A stretch of DNA of 63,978 nt, filler included, from Sandaracinaceae bacterium (GTDB lineage Bacteria > Myxococcota_A > Polyangia > Polyangiales > JADJQN01): the NCBI GenBank assembly GCA_947483975.1. It is 4 parts of 4 records of this genome, joined end to end, with 100 filler letters (N's around TTAATTAATTAA, not from the genome) between each part and the next. Parts side by side here need not be neighbours in the genome. Positions count along the whole stretch, not along the records: positions 18,807 to 37,324 come from CANKOL010000065.1; positions 37,425 to 55,813 come from CANKOL010000066.1; 2 more parts are not named here. One strand, given 5' to 3'. Position 1 is the stretch's first letter; each line of letters begins with the position of its first letter. The translations under genes were made by a program, and so were the position numbers. The notes beneath the pieces are model-generated. The model was not told the origin of the DNA and made no database searches. It saw nothing but the letters and a program-made list of their open reading frames with translations. This document shows positions 30,464-43,204 of the stretch, in pieces.

Positions 30464-30464
<1 letters not shown>
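29160..30464 (-). CDS. Acetyl-CoA hydrolase/transferase family (4-hydroxybutyrate CoA-transferase-like)
   Basis: LQMGIGAIP, LGVHTEMFSDG, AINSALQVDLSGQV, SGIGGQMDF and VVTEYG. The ATG overlaps the upstream stop (TGATG). Confidence 0.92.
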
Positions 30465-32565
<2,101 letters not shown>

Positions 32566-32569
<4 letters not shown>

Positions 32570-35500
32570 TTCGCCACCGCCTTCTCGCCGCGCGACGCGG
32601 TCTGCCGCCGACGGCGAGCGAAGAGCGCCCCGAGCGCGAGCCCGAGCGCCGCGAGGCCGCAGACGCCGCTGCGCGTCGACGCGCCCACACCCACGGTGCA
32701 GACGCAGCCACCGCCGCCCGCCGCGAGCAAGCGCAGCGGCTCGTGCTGTCCGCCATCCACGTGCAGCCCGGCGTCGAGGCCCGAGCCGCCGTCGACGCCA
32801 GCGTCCGGCGGACCGACGTCGACGATGCACTCGCCAGCCGAGCAGAGCTGCGCCGCAGGGCAGGTCATGCGCAGGCAGGGGTCGCTGATGCAGGCGCGCG
32901 CGTCGAGGTCGCAGACCGCGCCATGCGGGCAAGTGAGCGTCGCGCAGGCGTCCTCGACGCAGGCGCCCGTCGTCGGATTGCAGACCTCACCCGCCACCGA
33001 GCAGGTGACGCCGTCGCAGAGCGCCGCGCCGCAGACGCCCGCGTGGCAGAGCTCCGTCGCGGCGCAGGTGACGCCCGCGCAGCTCGGCTCGCACGCGCCG
33101 TCGCGACACGCCTCGGCCGCGGTGCACGTCGTGGTCGCGCAGGGGTTGGGCGCACACTCACCCGTGAGGGCGTCGCAGTACTGGTCGCTCGCGCAGCCGA
33201 AGGTGCGGCAGCTAGGCGCGACGCAGAGCCCGGTGTTCGGGTCGCAGACGGTGCCGCCCGCGCAGTCGACGCCCTCGCACGGGAATGTGCACGTGTTGCC
33301 GCGGCAGACGCAGACGGGCACGCCGTCCGTGCCCGGCGCGCAGACCACCGCGCCGGCTTGCTCGACGGTGTTCCCCGCGCAGGTCTCGGCGACGCAGCGC
33401 CCCGCCTCGGGGACGCACCAACAGTCCGACGCCACGACGAGCGGCACCGTGCCGGTCGAGCAGCTGAAGCCGAACTCCGTCGCCGCGCACGGCCCCGCGC
33501 AGCCGCACTCGACGCACGCCGCGCCGGCGCCGCAGAGCGAGCCGGTCGCCGGCTCCTCGTCGACGGTGCCGTCGCAGTCGTTGTCCGCACAGTCACAGAC
33601 CTCGGTTCCGGCCGGCGACGAGCCCACGCAGGTCTCGACGCCCGCGAGGCACTCCATCGTACCGGCGGTGCAGATGCCGACGTCCGTGCCGCACGCGGCG
33701 CCGATGCCCGACACATCGTCGACGACGCCGTTGCAGTCGTCGTCGAGGCCGTTGCAGGTCTCGACGCTCGGGCCGATCTCCCCCGCGCACGTCAGCGCGC
33801 CAGCGGTGCACACGTTGATGCCGGGGCTGCACTCGCCGGTGTCGGTGCCGCACGAGGAGCCGACGGCGAGCCCGTCGTCGACCACTCCGTCGCAGTCGTC
33901 GTCGACGCCGTTGCAGATCTCTACCGCGGGTCCGACCCCACCGACGCACGCCAGGGCGCCCGCGAGGCACGCGATCGCGCCCGCTCTGCACGGGGCGACG
34001 CTCTCACCGCAGGCCGTGCCGAGCGCGGGATCGCTCTCGTCGGTCATGCCGTCGCAGTCGTTGTCGAGGCCGTCGCAGACCTCCGCGCTCGGACCGACGG
34101 AGCCGAAGCAGGTGCCATAGGCGCCCGCCGAGCAGAGCTCCGTGCCGGCGATGCACTCGCCGACGTCCGTGCCGCAGACGCGCGTCATGCCGTCGACGAC
34201 GCCGTCGCAGTTGTCGTCGAGGTTGTTGCAGACCTCGGCGGTCGGTCCGCGACCCGAGCACACGCCCCAGGTGCCCGCCGCGCAGACCTCGGTGCCCGCC
34301 GTGCAGGCCCCGACCGCCGCGCCGCACGCGCGCGTCAGCCCCTCGTCGACCGCGCCATCGCAGTCGTTGTCGAGGCCGTCGCAGATCTCCACGGTCGGGC
34401 GGCAGCTCCCGCAGACCGGCGGATCGTCGATCACGCCGTTGCAGTTGTTGTCGATGCCGTCGCAGATCTCGACCGCTGGTGGGCCGCAGACGCCGCAGGC
34501 GTTGCGCAGGCCCTCGTCGATCACGCCGTTGCAGTTGTTGTCGACGCCATCGCAGAACGTCTCCGCGGGCGGCGCGCAGAGCGTGCAGAGCGGGCGATCG
34601 ACGGCGGTGTTGCTGCAGTCCGGCGGCGCGACGCCGCGCGCGGTGTTGCAGTACTTCGGCAGGCCCTCGTCGCGCAGCGTGTTGCAGGTATCGTCCGCGT
34701 TGTTGCAGACCTCGACGAGCGCGCTGTCGCCGATGATCTGCGAGAGCGCGAGCGAGAGCGTCGCCTCGTTCGTCGCGTAGTAGCCGCGCGTCGTGCCGCC
34801 CGCGACCGCGATCGCCTCGATGGCGGCGTCCCCCGCGGCGACGCCGAAGCCTATGACGTAGGTCTTGATGTTCTTGATGCTGGCGCCGACCGCCGTCGTG
34901 CGCAGGGCCGTCGCCGCGGCGACCGCGTCACCTCCGCACGTCTCGGCGCCGTCCGTCAGCAGGATGACGCTGACCGGGCGGCACGCGAGCGCGGCGTCGC
35001 CGATCAGCGGCGAGACGGGCGTGCCGTCGGCCGCGGGGCAAGTGCCGCTGAAGTAGCAGCGCGCCTTCTGGAGCACGCCGCCGAGCGGGGTGTTGCCGCC
35101 CGAGAAGATCTCGCGGTGGTTGGCGGAGGCGGTCGTCGTACACATCAGCGGAGGCACGTCGCAGGCGTAGTCGACCCACGACGTGATCGCCGCCTGGTTC
35201 CCGTCCGCGACGCCGACGCGGATCACGCCGGAGTTGAGCGTCGCGTCGCAGGTGAGCATTCCCACGGAGCTGTTGACGGTGTCCGCGCAGCCCGACTTGC
35301 ACATCTGCGAGAACTGCCCGAGCCCGAAGGTCGCGTCCCCGACGCCGGCGACGACGCGCTGGAGCGCGCACTTCGCGTCGCTGATCCGCGTGCACGGGCG
35401 ACCACAGGTGTTCGTGGTGCCCGTCGCGCACGTGGTGCTGATCCCCATCGACCCGGAGCTGTCCACCATGAACAGGAAGTACGGGTTGATCACCGTCTGC

Positions 35501-35598
35501 GCCGACGCGGCCGAAGGTGCGAGCGCGACGGTGAAAACAGTGAGGGCGGCACACGCACAAGCTAGACGAAAAGACGACACGAAAGCCTCCCGGCGCAC
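32566..35598 (-). CDS. vWA-domain, Cys-rich repeat surface protein with MYXO-CTERM anchor
   Basis: Signal peptide ASA|Q. MIDAS DSSGSM...TPL...LLTDG. Nine ExC(D/N)..D..C(D/N)G..D units. C-terminal GGGGCVC + hydrophobic helix + RRRR. Confidence 0.88.
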
Positions 35599-35614
35599 TG
35601 ATATGCTGCCGAGG

Positions 35615-35644
35615 ATTATCCGGCAATTCCCCTGATATTTGCAA
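35615..35644 (-). promoter_or_regulatory. Candidate sigma70 promoter of the vWA surface-protein operon
   Basis: Minus strand TTGCAA-N18-GATAAT in an AT-richer intergenic region. Confidence 0.45.
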
Positions 35645-35670
35645 CGGAAATGCGGTTTGCGTCGACCTCG

Positions 35671-37324
35671 TCACATCGCCTGGACGAGCACCTCGCGCCG
35701 CCCGCCGGCCTTCGCGCTCGCCGAGCCGACGATGCCGTCTTTCTCCATCTGCTCGACGAGCTTCGCGGCCTTGTTGTAGCCGATCGAGAGGTGCCGCTGG
35801 ATGTGGCTGATCGAGCAGTAGCCAGCCTGCGCGACGAGGGCGACCGCCTTGTCGTAGAGCGGGTCCTCGCTCTTGCTGCCGCCGTCGGAGTCGCCGACGC
35901 CGCCCTCGCCCTCTTCGTCGCGCGGCTTGAGGATGTTCTCGTCGTAGATCGGCTTGCCCTGCACGCGGAGGAAGTCGCAGACCGCCTGCACCTCGTCCTC
36001 GCTGATGTACGCGCAGTGCACGCGCTTAATTTCCGCGGCGCCCGGCGGGATCATCAACATATCGCCCATGCCGAGCAGGTGCTCCGCGCCGTTCTGCCCG
36101 AGGATCGTCTGCGAGTCCTGGCGCTGCGCGACCTTGAACGCGATGCGCGCGGGGAAATTCGCCTTGATCATGCCCGTGATGACGTCGACCGACGGCCGCT
36201 GCGTCGCGAGGATCACGTGCAGCCCCGCCGCGCGCGCCTTCTGCGCGAGCCGGGCGACCGCCGACTCGACGTCCTTCGCCGCGACCATCATCAGGTCGGC
36301 GAACTCGTCGACGACGACGACGATGTACGGGAGCTTCACCGGCGGCGTGACGTTCGCGTCGGCCGCCTCGTCGTCCGGCGGGAGGTAGACCTCTTCGCCG
36401 TCGGGCCCCTGCGCCTTGACCTTGCCGGCCTTCTTCGGCGCGAGCTTGTCGATGTGCATCTCGCCGCGCAGCACCTTCTCGACGCGCTCGTTGTAGGTGC
36501 CGATGTTCTTCGCGCCGGCGTCGGCGAAGAGCTGATAGCGGCGCTCCATCTCGTCCACCGCCCAGCGCAGCGCGAGGGACGCCTTCTTCATGTCGGTGAC
36601 GACCGGCAGCAGCATGTGCGGGATGCCGTCGAAGACCGCGAGCTCGACGACCTTCGGGTCGATCATCAGCATGCGCACCTCTTCGGGCGACTTCCGCGAG
36701 AGCAGCGACGCGAGCATCACGTTGAGGCCGACCGACTTGCCCGCGCCCGTCGCGCCGGCGACGAGCAGGTGCGGCATCTTCGCCATGTCGACGTAGACTG
36801 GCTGCCCGGCGATGTCCTTGCCGAGCGCCATCGGCAGCGACGCCTTCATCTCGCGCCACCGCGGATCCTCGAGGATCTCGCGCAGCGAGACCGACTGCCG
36901 GTGAACGTTGGGCAGCTCGAAGCCGACGCGCGCCTTGCCCGGGATCGGCGCGACGATGCGCACCTTCTGTGCGGCGAGCGCCATCGCGAGGTCGTCGGCG
37001 AGCCCCGCGATCTTCGAGACCTTCGTGCCGCTCGCGGGCTCGAGCTCGTACATCGTGACGACGGGCCCGGGATGAATCTCGTCGACGCGCCCCTGCACGC
37101 CGTACGCGTTGAGCTTGTCGACGAGCTTCGCGGCGTTCTCGCGCAGCGTCTTCTCGTCGACGGTGATCTGCTCGGTCGGCACCGGCGCGAGGAGGCTCGT
37201 CGGCGGCAGCACGAAGCCACGCCCGACGCCGGGCACGATGCGCGTGTCCGCGGCGGGCTCCGGCGCGACCTCGAGCGCGCGCATCTGCTGCACGCGCGGC
37301 GCAGGCAGCGCGGGAGGCGCGGGC
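35671..37324 (-). CDS. ftsK: DNA translocase FtsK, C-terminal motor and gamma domains (5' truncated by contig end)
   Basis: PGPVVT.YE, PHLLVAGATGAGKSV, MIDPK..EL, VVVDEFADLMM, LATQRPSVDVITG, GAEHLLG.GDML and gamma domain SISHIQRHLSIGYNKAA. Confidence 0.97.
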
Positions 37325-37424
37325 NNNNNNNNNNNNNNNNNNNNNNNNNNNNNNNNNNNNNNNNNNNNTTAATTAATTAANNNNNNNNNNNNNNNNNNNN
37401 NNNNNNNNNNNNNNNNNNNNNNNN
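37325..37424. other. Artificial contig-joining linker
   Basis: N44-TTAATTAATTAA-N44. Confidence 0.99.
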
Positions 37425-38599
37425 CGCGCGGCGTGTACGCGGCGCTCGAGCGCACGCGAGCCTCGCTCAGCCCCGCGCAGGTGCTCGACGAGGTCGCCGC
37501 GGCGGGGCTCCGCGGGCGCGGCGGCGCGGGCTTCTCGACGGCGCAGAAGTGGAGCTTCGCCGCGCAGGAGTCGAACCCCGAGAAGTACGTCGTCTGCAAC
37601 GCGGATGAGGGCGACCCCGGCTCGTACATCGACAAGTGGCTGCTCGAGCTCGACCCGCACTCCGTGCTCGAGGGCATGGCGCTCGCGGGCTTCGCGATCG
37701 GCGCGTCGCACGGCGTCCTCTATCTGCGCAGCGAGTACCCGCGCGCGGCCGAGGCGCTGACGCGCGCGCTCGAAGAGGCGGGCGCCGCGGGCGTGCTCGG
37801 CGCCTTCCAGATTCGGCTCGTCGTCGGCGCAGGCTCGTACGTCTGCGGCGAAGAGACCGCCCTGCTGCACTCGATCGAGGGGCTGCGCGGGGTCGTGACG
37901 GCGCGCCCGCCCTTCCCTGCGCAGTCGGGCCTCTTCGAGCGCCCGACCGTCGTCAACAACGTCGAGACCCTGATCAACGTCCCGTGGATCGTCGCGCACG
38001 GCGGCGCCGCGTACGCCGCCGTCGGACACGGCAAGAGCCGCGGCACGAAGGCGGTGTCGCTCAATCACCTCTTCGCGCGCCCCGGGCTCTACGAGGTCGC
38101 GCTCGGCACCTCGGTCCGCGCCATCTGCGAGGACCTCGGCGGCGGGCTCGCGAGCGGAAAGCCCATCTTGGGCGTGCAGCTCGGCGGCCCGCTCGGCGGC
38201 ATTCTCCCCGGCGCTCAGCTCGACGTCCCGCTCACCTTCGAGGACCTCGACGCCGTCGGCGCGCTGCTCGGCCACGCGGGGCTCGTCGCGTTCGAGGAAG
38301 GCACGGATATGCGGGCGATCGCGCAGCATCTCTTCGAGTTCGGAGACGCCGAGTCGTGCGGCAAGTGCTTCCCCTGTCGGCTCGGGATGCGCCGCGGGCT
38401 CGAGCTCGTGAATCGCCTCGCGCGCGACGGCGGCACCGAGGCGGACCTCGCGCTCCTCGAGGAGCTGCTCGAGACGCTGAAGCTCGGCAGCCTCTGCGCG
38501 CACGGCGGCGGTTTGCCGGCGCCCATCTACAGCATCCTCGAGCATTGGCGTGCGCACCTGCTCGCGCCTGGCTCCGCTTCGCAGGGAGGTGCGCGATGA
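37425..38599 (+). CDS. NuoF-like FMN/NADH-binding subunit of NAD-dependent formate dehydrogenase (FdsB-like), 5' truncated
   Basis: GLRGRGGAGF, CNADEGDPG, YVCGEETAL, NNVETL and ESCGKCFPCR...LC. ATGA overlap with the FDH alpha subunit. Confidence 0.9.
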
Positions 38600-41352
38600 G
38601 CCCGAAAGTACGGCTCGAGCTGCTGCTCGACGGGCGCAGCGTCACGGCGCACGAGGGCGAGACGGTCCTCGAGGTCGCGCGGCGCGAGGGCGTCTACATC
38701 CCGACGCTCTGCTTCGACGAGCGACTCGCGCCCTTCGGCGCGTGCCGCGTATGCCTCGTCGGCGTCAAGGGCGCGCGCGGTCCCGTCGCGTCGTGCACGA
38801 CGCCGGTGCGCGCCGGCATGGAGGTCGACACCGCGGACGCCGTCGCCCGGCGCGTCGCGAAGACGACGGTCGAGCTCGTGCTCTCGGACTTCCCGCTCGA
38901 CCGCCTCGAGAACGCGGGCGCGCGCAACGAGCTCGCGCAGGTCGTCGCGCACTTCGGGCTCGAGGGCTCGCGCTTCGAGGGGCTGCGGCACACGCACGCG
39001 CCCGACCCGCGACACCCGTACATCCAAATGAACCTCGACGAGTGCATCGTCTGCGGGCGCTGCGTGCGCGCGTGCGACGAGCTCCAAGGGGCGTTCGCGC
39101 TGAGCTATCAGGGGCGCGGCTTCGGCACGAAGATCATCGCGGGGCTCGATCAGGCGCTCACCGAGACCTCGTGCGTCTCGTGCGGCGCGTGCGTCTCCGT
39201 GTGCCCGACAGGCGCGCTCGACGAGAAGGCGTTCCGCGTCCGCGGCGACGTCGACCGCACCGTGACGACGACGTGCGCGTACTGCGGAGTCGGCTGTCGG
39301 CTCGAGGCGCACGTCCGCAACGACGAGGTCGTCGCCATCGACCCGGCGCTCGATGGGCCCGCGAATCAAGGGCATACGTGCGTCAAAGGGCGCTTTGCGC
39401 ACCAATTCGCCATCAGCGAAGCGCGCCTGCGCAATCCGCTGATTCGCACCTCGGACGGCTTCCGAGACGCGACCTGGGAAGAGGCGATGTCCTATGTCGC
39501 TGAGGGCTTCCTCCGCATCAAGGGCGCGCACGGCCCCGACGCGCTCGCCGCCATCTCCTCTTCGCGCTGCACGAACGAAGAGAACTACGCGATGCAGAAG
39601 CTGATGCGCGCCGCGATTGGCACGCACAACATCGACAACTGCTCGCGCGTCTGTCACTCGCCGTCGAGCTTCGGGCTGATTGGCTCGCTCGGGCTCTCGG
39701 GCGGGACGAATTCCTTCGACGACATCGAGCGCGCCGAGGTCCTCTTCCTCACCGGCTCGAACCCGACGGAGGCGCACCCCGTCGTCGGCGCGCGCATGAA
39801 GCAGGCGGTGCTCGACGGCTGCAAGCTCATCGTCGCGGACCCGCGCCGCATCGAGCTCGCGCACCTCGCCGACGTGTATCTGCAGCTGCGCCCCGGCTCC
39901 AACGTCGCGCTGTTCAACTCCCTCGCTTGCGCGCTCGTCGAAGAGGGAATGCTCGATCGCGACTTCCTCGAGCGCTACGTCGAGGGGGCCGACCGCTACC
40001 TCGACTTCATCCGGACCTGGACGCCCGAGCGCGCAGAGGCGATCACGGGAGTCGCGCCCGCGCTGGTGCGGCGCGCAGCGCAGATCTACGGCGCGTCGAA
40101 GGCGGCGGCGATCTTCTACGGGCTCGGGATCACGGAGCAGACGCAGGGCTCGCCCGGCGTGCAGTGCCTGATCAACCTCGCCGTGCTGACGGGCAACCTC
40201 GGCCGCCCGGGCTCGGGCGTGAACCCGCTCCGCGGGCAGAACAACGTGCAGGGCGCGAGCGACTCGGGCTCTTTGCCGACCGTCTTCACGATGTATCAGT
40301 CGGTGACGAGCGAGCCTGTCGCGCGGCGCTTCGAGGCCGCGTGGGGCGTCACGATGAAGCGCACGCGCGGGCTGATGATCCCCGAGATGTTCGACGGCGC
40401 CATCGCGGGCACGCTGCGCGGCCTCTACGTCTTCGGCGAGGACATCGCGCAGACGGATCCCAACATGCGGCACGTCGAGAAGGCGCTGCAGTCACTCGAG
40501 CTGCTGGTCTGTCAGGAGATCTTCCTGTCGGAGACCGCGAAGCTCGCGCACGTCGTGCTACCGGGCAGCGCGTTCCTCGAGAAGACTGGCACCTTCACGA
40601 ACGCGGAGCGTCGGATTCAGCTCGTGCAGGCGGCGGGCAAACCGCCTGGGAATGCGCGCCAAGACCTCGACATCATTCTCGAGCTCTCGGACCGCCTCGG
40701 CTATCGGATGCCCGCGCGAACGGCGTCTGCGATCTGTGACGAGATGGCCAGTCTGACTCCCGATCTCGCCGGCGTCAGCTTCGAGCGACTCGGGCGCAAG
40801 GGGCTGCAGTGGCCGGTCCCGCACAAGGAACATCCCGGCACGACGACCCTCTACACCGAGGACCGCCCCGAGGGGCGCTTCTACACGAGCAGCGGCAAGG
40901 CGCGCCTGACCGCGATCGACTGGACTCCTCCGCGCGAGGAGCTCGATCTCGAGTATCCGTTCGTGCTGATCACGGGCCGTCAACTCGCGCACTACAACGC
41001 CGGGACGATGACGCGAAACACCGCCAACCTCGAGCTGCACCCGAGCGATCTCGCCGAGGTTCACCCCGACGATGCTGCGCGCCTCGGGCTCGCGGACGAC
41101 GACGAGATCGAGGTCGTGTCGCGGCGCGGCACCGTGCGCACGTTCGCGAAGGTCACGACGCGCGTCGCGCCGGGCAACGTGTTCATGTCGTTCCACTTCC
41201 CCGAGATGAAGGTGAATATGCTGACCTCGGGTGACTCGGACGGCCCGACGCACTGCCCCGAGTACAAGTATTCGGCGGTGAAGCTCACGCGCCTCGGCGC
41301 GGGCGGCGCGCGCGCCCTCCACGGTGCGACCGGAATGCATCACCGCGAATGA
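38596..41352 (+). CDS. fdhF: Formate dehydrogenase alpha subunit (Mo/W-bisPGD, Cys-ligated, FdsA/FdhF-like)
   Basis: PTLC..ACRVC..SC [2Fe-2S], CIVCGRCVRAC and CVSCGACVSVCP, CAYCGVGC..CVKG, active site NIDNCSRVCH, LRGQNNVQG and PEYK. Confidence 0.95.
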   Translation: MSPKVRLELLLDGRSVTAHEGETVLEVARREGVYIPTLCFDERLAPFGACRVCLVGVKGARGPVASCTTPVRAGMEVDTADAVARRVAKTTVELVLSDFPLDRLENAGARNELAQVVAHFGLEGSRFEGLRHTHAPDPRHPYIQMNLDECIVCGRCVRACDELQGAFALSYQGRGFGTKIIAGLDQALTETSCVSCGACVSVCPTGALDEKAFRVRGDVDRTVTTTCAYCGVGCRLEAHVRNDEVVAIDPALDGPANQGHTCVKGRFAHQFAISEARLRNPLIRTSDGFRDATWEEAMSYVAEGFLRIKGAHGPDALAAISSSRCTNEENYAMQKLMRAAIGTHNIDNCSRVCHSPSSFGLIGSLGLSGGTNSFDDIERAEVLFLTGSNPTEAHPVVGARMKQAVLDGCKLIVADPRRIELAHLADVYLQLRPGSNVALFNSLACALVEEGMLDRDFLERYVEGADRYLDFIRTWTPERAEAITGVAPALVRRAAQIYGASKAAAIFYGLGITEQTQGSPGVQCLINLAVLTGNLGRPGSGVNPLRGQNNVQGASDSGSLPTVFTMYQSVTSEPVARRFEAAWGVTMKRTRGLMIPEMFDGAIAGTLRGLYVFGEDIAQTDPNMRHVEKALQSLELLVCQEIFLSETAKLAHVVLPGSAFLEKTGTFTNAERRIQLVQAAGKPPGNARQDLDIILELSDRLGYRMPARTASAICDEMASLTPDLAGVSFERLGRKGLQWPVPHKEHPGTTTLYTEDRPEGRFYTSSGKARLTAIDWTPPREELDLEYPFVLITGRQLAHYNAGTMTRNTANLELHPSDLAEVHPDDAARLGLADDDEIEVVSRRGTVRTFAKVTTRVAPGNVFMSFHFPEMKVNMLTSGDSDGPTHCPEYKYSAVKLTRLGAGGARALHGATGMHHRE

Positions 41353-42287
41353 GCGTCGAGCCTCGCAAGCACGTCCGCCTGCCCATCGGGCGCGGCTCCC
41401 TCGTGACGACCACGCCGAGCGTTCGACGCGACGTCACCGTCCTCGACGGAGGAGGCACGCACGCCGCGAGCGCAGAGGCCGGCAGCGCACAGGCCGGCAG
41501 CGCACAGGCCGGCAGCGCAGTCGCGGGCAGCGATCAGCTCGCCGTCGAGGAGCCGCTCGAGCTTCGAGTCGCGGGCGAGCCCATCGCCGTCACGATGCGG
41601 ACGCCGGGGCATGACGAGGAGCTCGCGGCGGGCTTTCTCTACACCGAGGGTGTCGTCCCGAACGGCGCCGCGCTCGAGCGGGTCGCGCACTGGCACGACG
41701 CCTCCGGGCGCGCGCTCCCCGACGTCATCGAGGTGCGCCTGCGCGAGGGCGCGACGGTCGACGTCGGGCGCGCGCGCAGGGCGTTTTACGCAGCGTCGTC
41801 GTGCGGAGTCTGCGGCAAGACGACGATCGACTCGATTCGCACGAAGGTCGGCGCGCTGACTCGCGAGCAGGACTCGACGACGTTCTCGCGCGAGCGCCTC
41901 TACGCGATGCCCGCGGCGATGCGCCCCGCGCAGGCGACGTTCGAGCACACGGGCGGCCTGCACGCCGCCGCGCTCTTCGCTCCTGACGGCACGCTCGTCG
42001 TGCTCCGCGAGGACGTCGGGCGACACAACGCCACGGACAAGGTGATCGGCCATATGCTGCTCGCGGGGCGCTCGCTCGCGGGACACGCGCTCTTGGTCTC
42101 CGGGCGCGCGGGCTTCGAGATCGTGCAAAAAGCGGCCGTCGCGCGCATCCCGCTGCTCGCCGCGATCTCGGCGCCGACGTCCCTCGCCGTGGACCTCGCC
42201 GTGGAGCTCGGCGTGACGTTGGTGGGGTTTCTGCGCCCGCCCCGCGCGGTCGTCTACGGACACGCGTGGCGCGTGCTCGGCGACTGA
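41349..42287 (+). CDS. fdhD: Formate dehydrogenase accessory sulfurtransferase
   Basis: AVEEPL, TMRTPG.D.ELA.GFL.TEG, SSCGVCG, TGGLHAA, EDVGRHNA.DK and SAPTSLA. Confidence 0.95.
   Translation: MSVEPRKHVRLPIGRGSLVTTTPSVRRDVTVLDGGGTHAASAEAGSAQAGSAQAGSAVAGSDQLAVEEPLELRVAGEPIAVTMRTPGHDEELAAGFLYTEGVVPNGAALERVAHWHDASGRALPDVIEVRLREGATVDVGRARRAFYAASSCGVCGKTTIDSIRTKVGALTREQDSTTFSRERLYAMPAAMRPAQATFEHTGGLHAAALFAPDGTLVVLREDVGRHNATDKVIGHMLLAGRSLAGHALLVSGRAGFEIVQKAAVARIPLLAAISAPTSLAVDLAVELGVTLVGFLRPPRAVVYGHAWRVLGD
41469..41532 (+). repeat. In-frame 15-nt tandem repeat (~4 copies) in fdhD
   Basis: AGCGCAGAGGCCGGC AGCGCACAGGCCGGC AGCGCACAGGCCGGC AGCGCAGTCGCGGGC, encoding SAEAG SAQAG SAQAG SAVAG. Confidence 0.9.
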
Positions 42288-42320
42288 GGTCGCGAGCGGA
42301 GGCGAGCCGACTCGCCCGTT

Positions 42321-42348
42321 GAACATTCGCCGGGCGCGGAACGTCAGA
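42321..42348 (+). promoter_or_regulatory. Candidate RpoE-like ECF promoter
   Basis: GAACAT-N16-GTCAGA upstream of the YXWGXW gene, resembling GAACTT-N16-GTCAAA. Confidence 0.3.
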
Positions 42349-42393
42349 GCGCCCATGCTCGAGCGCCGCGCTGGCAAGCCCACAGGAGAGTCC

Positions 42394-43092
42394 ATGAAGA
42401 CGTCGAGTTTCGCCAAGGGTGTCTGCTTCACGATCGGTGGCCTGATGCTCGGCGCGGTCGCCGGAACGACGCCCGCCTCGGCGCAGGTCACCGTGACCGT
42501 CAGGCCGCCCACCGTGCGCGCGCAGGTGCGGCCCGCGCGTCCGCGGGTCGTCGTGCGCACCAACGCCCAGCAGCAGGTGGGCGTCGTGACCGTCGGCGTC
42601 AATCGCCCCGCGCCGCCGCCGCCCGTCACCGTCGTCGTGCAACCGCCGCAGCCGCCGGTGACCGTGGTCGTGCGACCGCCGCCGCCCGTCACCGTCGTCG
42701 TGCAGCAGCCTGCGCCGCCGCCCGTCGTCGTCGGTGTGATCGCGGTGGCCCCTCCGGCGATGCGCGTCGAGCACGAAGGACCGCGCCCGAGCGCGGCGCA
42801 CGTCTGGGTCGCTGGCTATTGGCAGTGGGGCGGCAACGCCTACGCGTGGATCCCCGGTCGGTGGGACGCGCCGCAGCAGCCGGGAGCCATCTGGGTCGCG
42901 CCGCAGTGGCAGCGACGGGGCCATGGTTGGTTCTTCGTGCAGGGCCGCTGGGACCGCGGGCGCGGAGGTGACGGGCCGCGCGACGACGACGGCCATCGCG
43001 GCGGCAGCGACGACGATCATCGCGGCGAGGACCGGCGCCACGAAGGCGAAGGCGAGCACGGGCGCGGACACGGCGGCGGCCGCAACCACTAG
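42394..43092 (+). CDS. Secreted Pro/Val-rich protein with YXWGXW (WxxGxW) repeats
   Basis: AGGAG RBS, signal peptide ASA|Q, PPPVTVVV repeats, WVAGYW / WIPGRW / WVAPQW / FVQGRW, and a His/Gly/Asp-rich tail. Confidence 0.8.
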   Translation: MKTSSFAKGVCFTIGGLMLGAVAGTTPASAQVTVTVRPPTVRAQVRPARPRVVVRTNAQQQVGVVTVGVNRPAPPPPVTVVVQPPQPPVTVVVRPPPPVTVVVQQPAPPPVVVGVIAVAPPAMRVEHEGPRPSAAHVWVAGYWQWGGNAYAWIPGRWDAPQQPGAIWVAPQWQRRGHGWFFVQGRWDRGRGGDGPRDDDGHRGGSDDDHRGEDRRHEGEGEHGRGHGGGRNH

Positions 43093-43204
43093 GAGAACGA
43101 GCAGGACCGCAGCGCGCGTGCGCGGCGGTCGCGCTCGACGGGGGCGCCTCCGCGACGCGCATCGGGCTTGACGCGCGGGCTGCGTTCGGGTTCAACGCTG
43201 CTCC

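Noticed and set aside
37425..38599. Complex I nuoF
   Set aside because: It is coupled to an FDH alpha subunit and fdhD rather than to nuoG-N, so it is the FDH diaphorase subunit.
39625..39665. Selenocysteine in formate dehydrogenase
   Set aside because: The active-site codon is TGT (RVCH), and there is no in-frame TGA.
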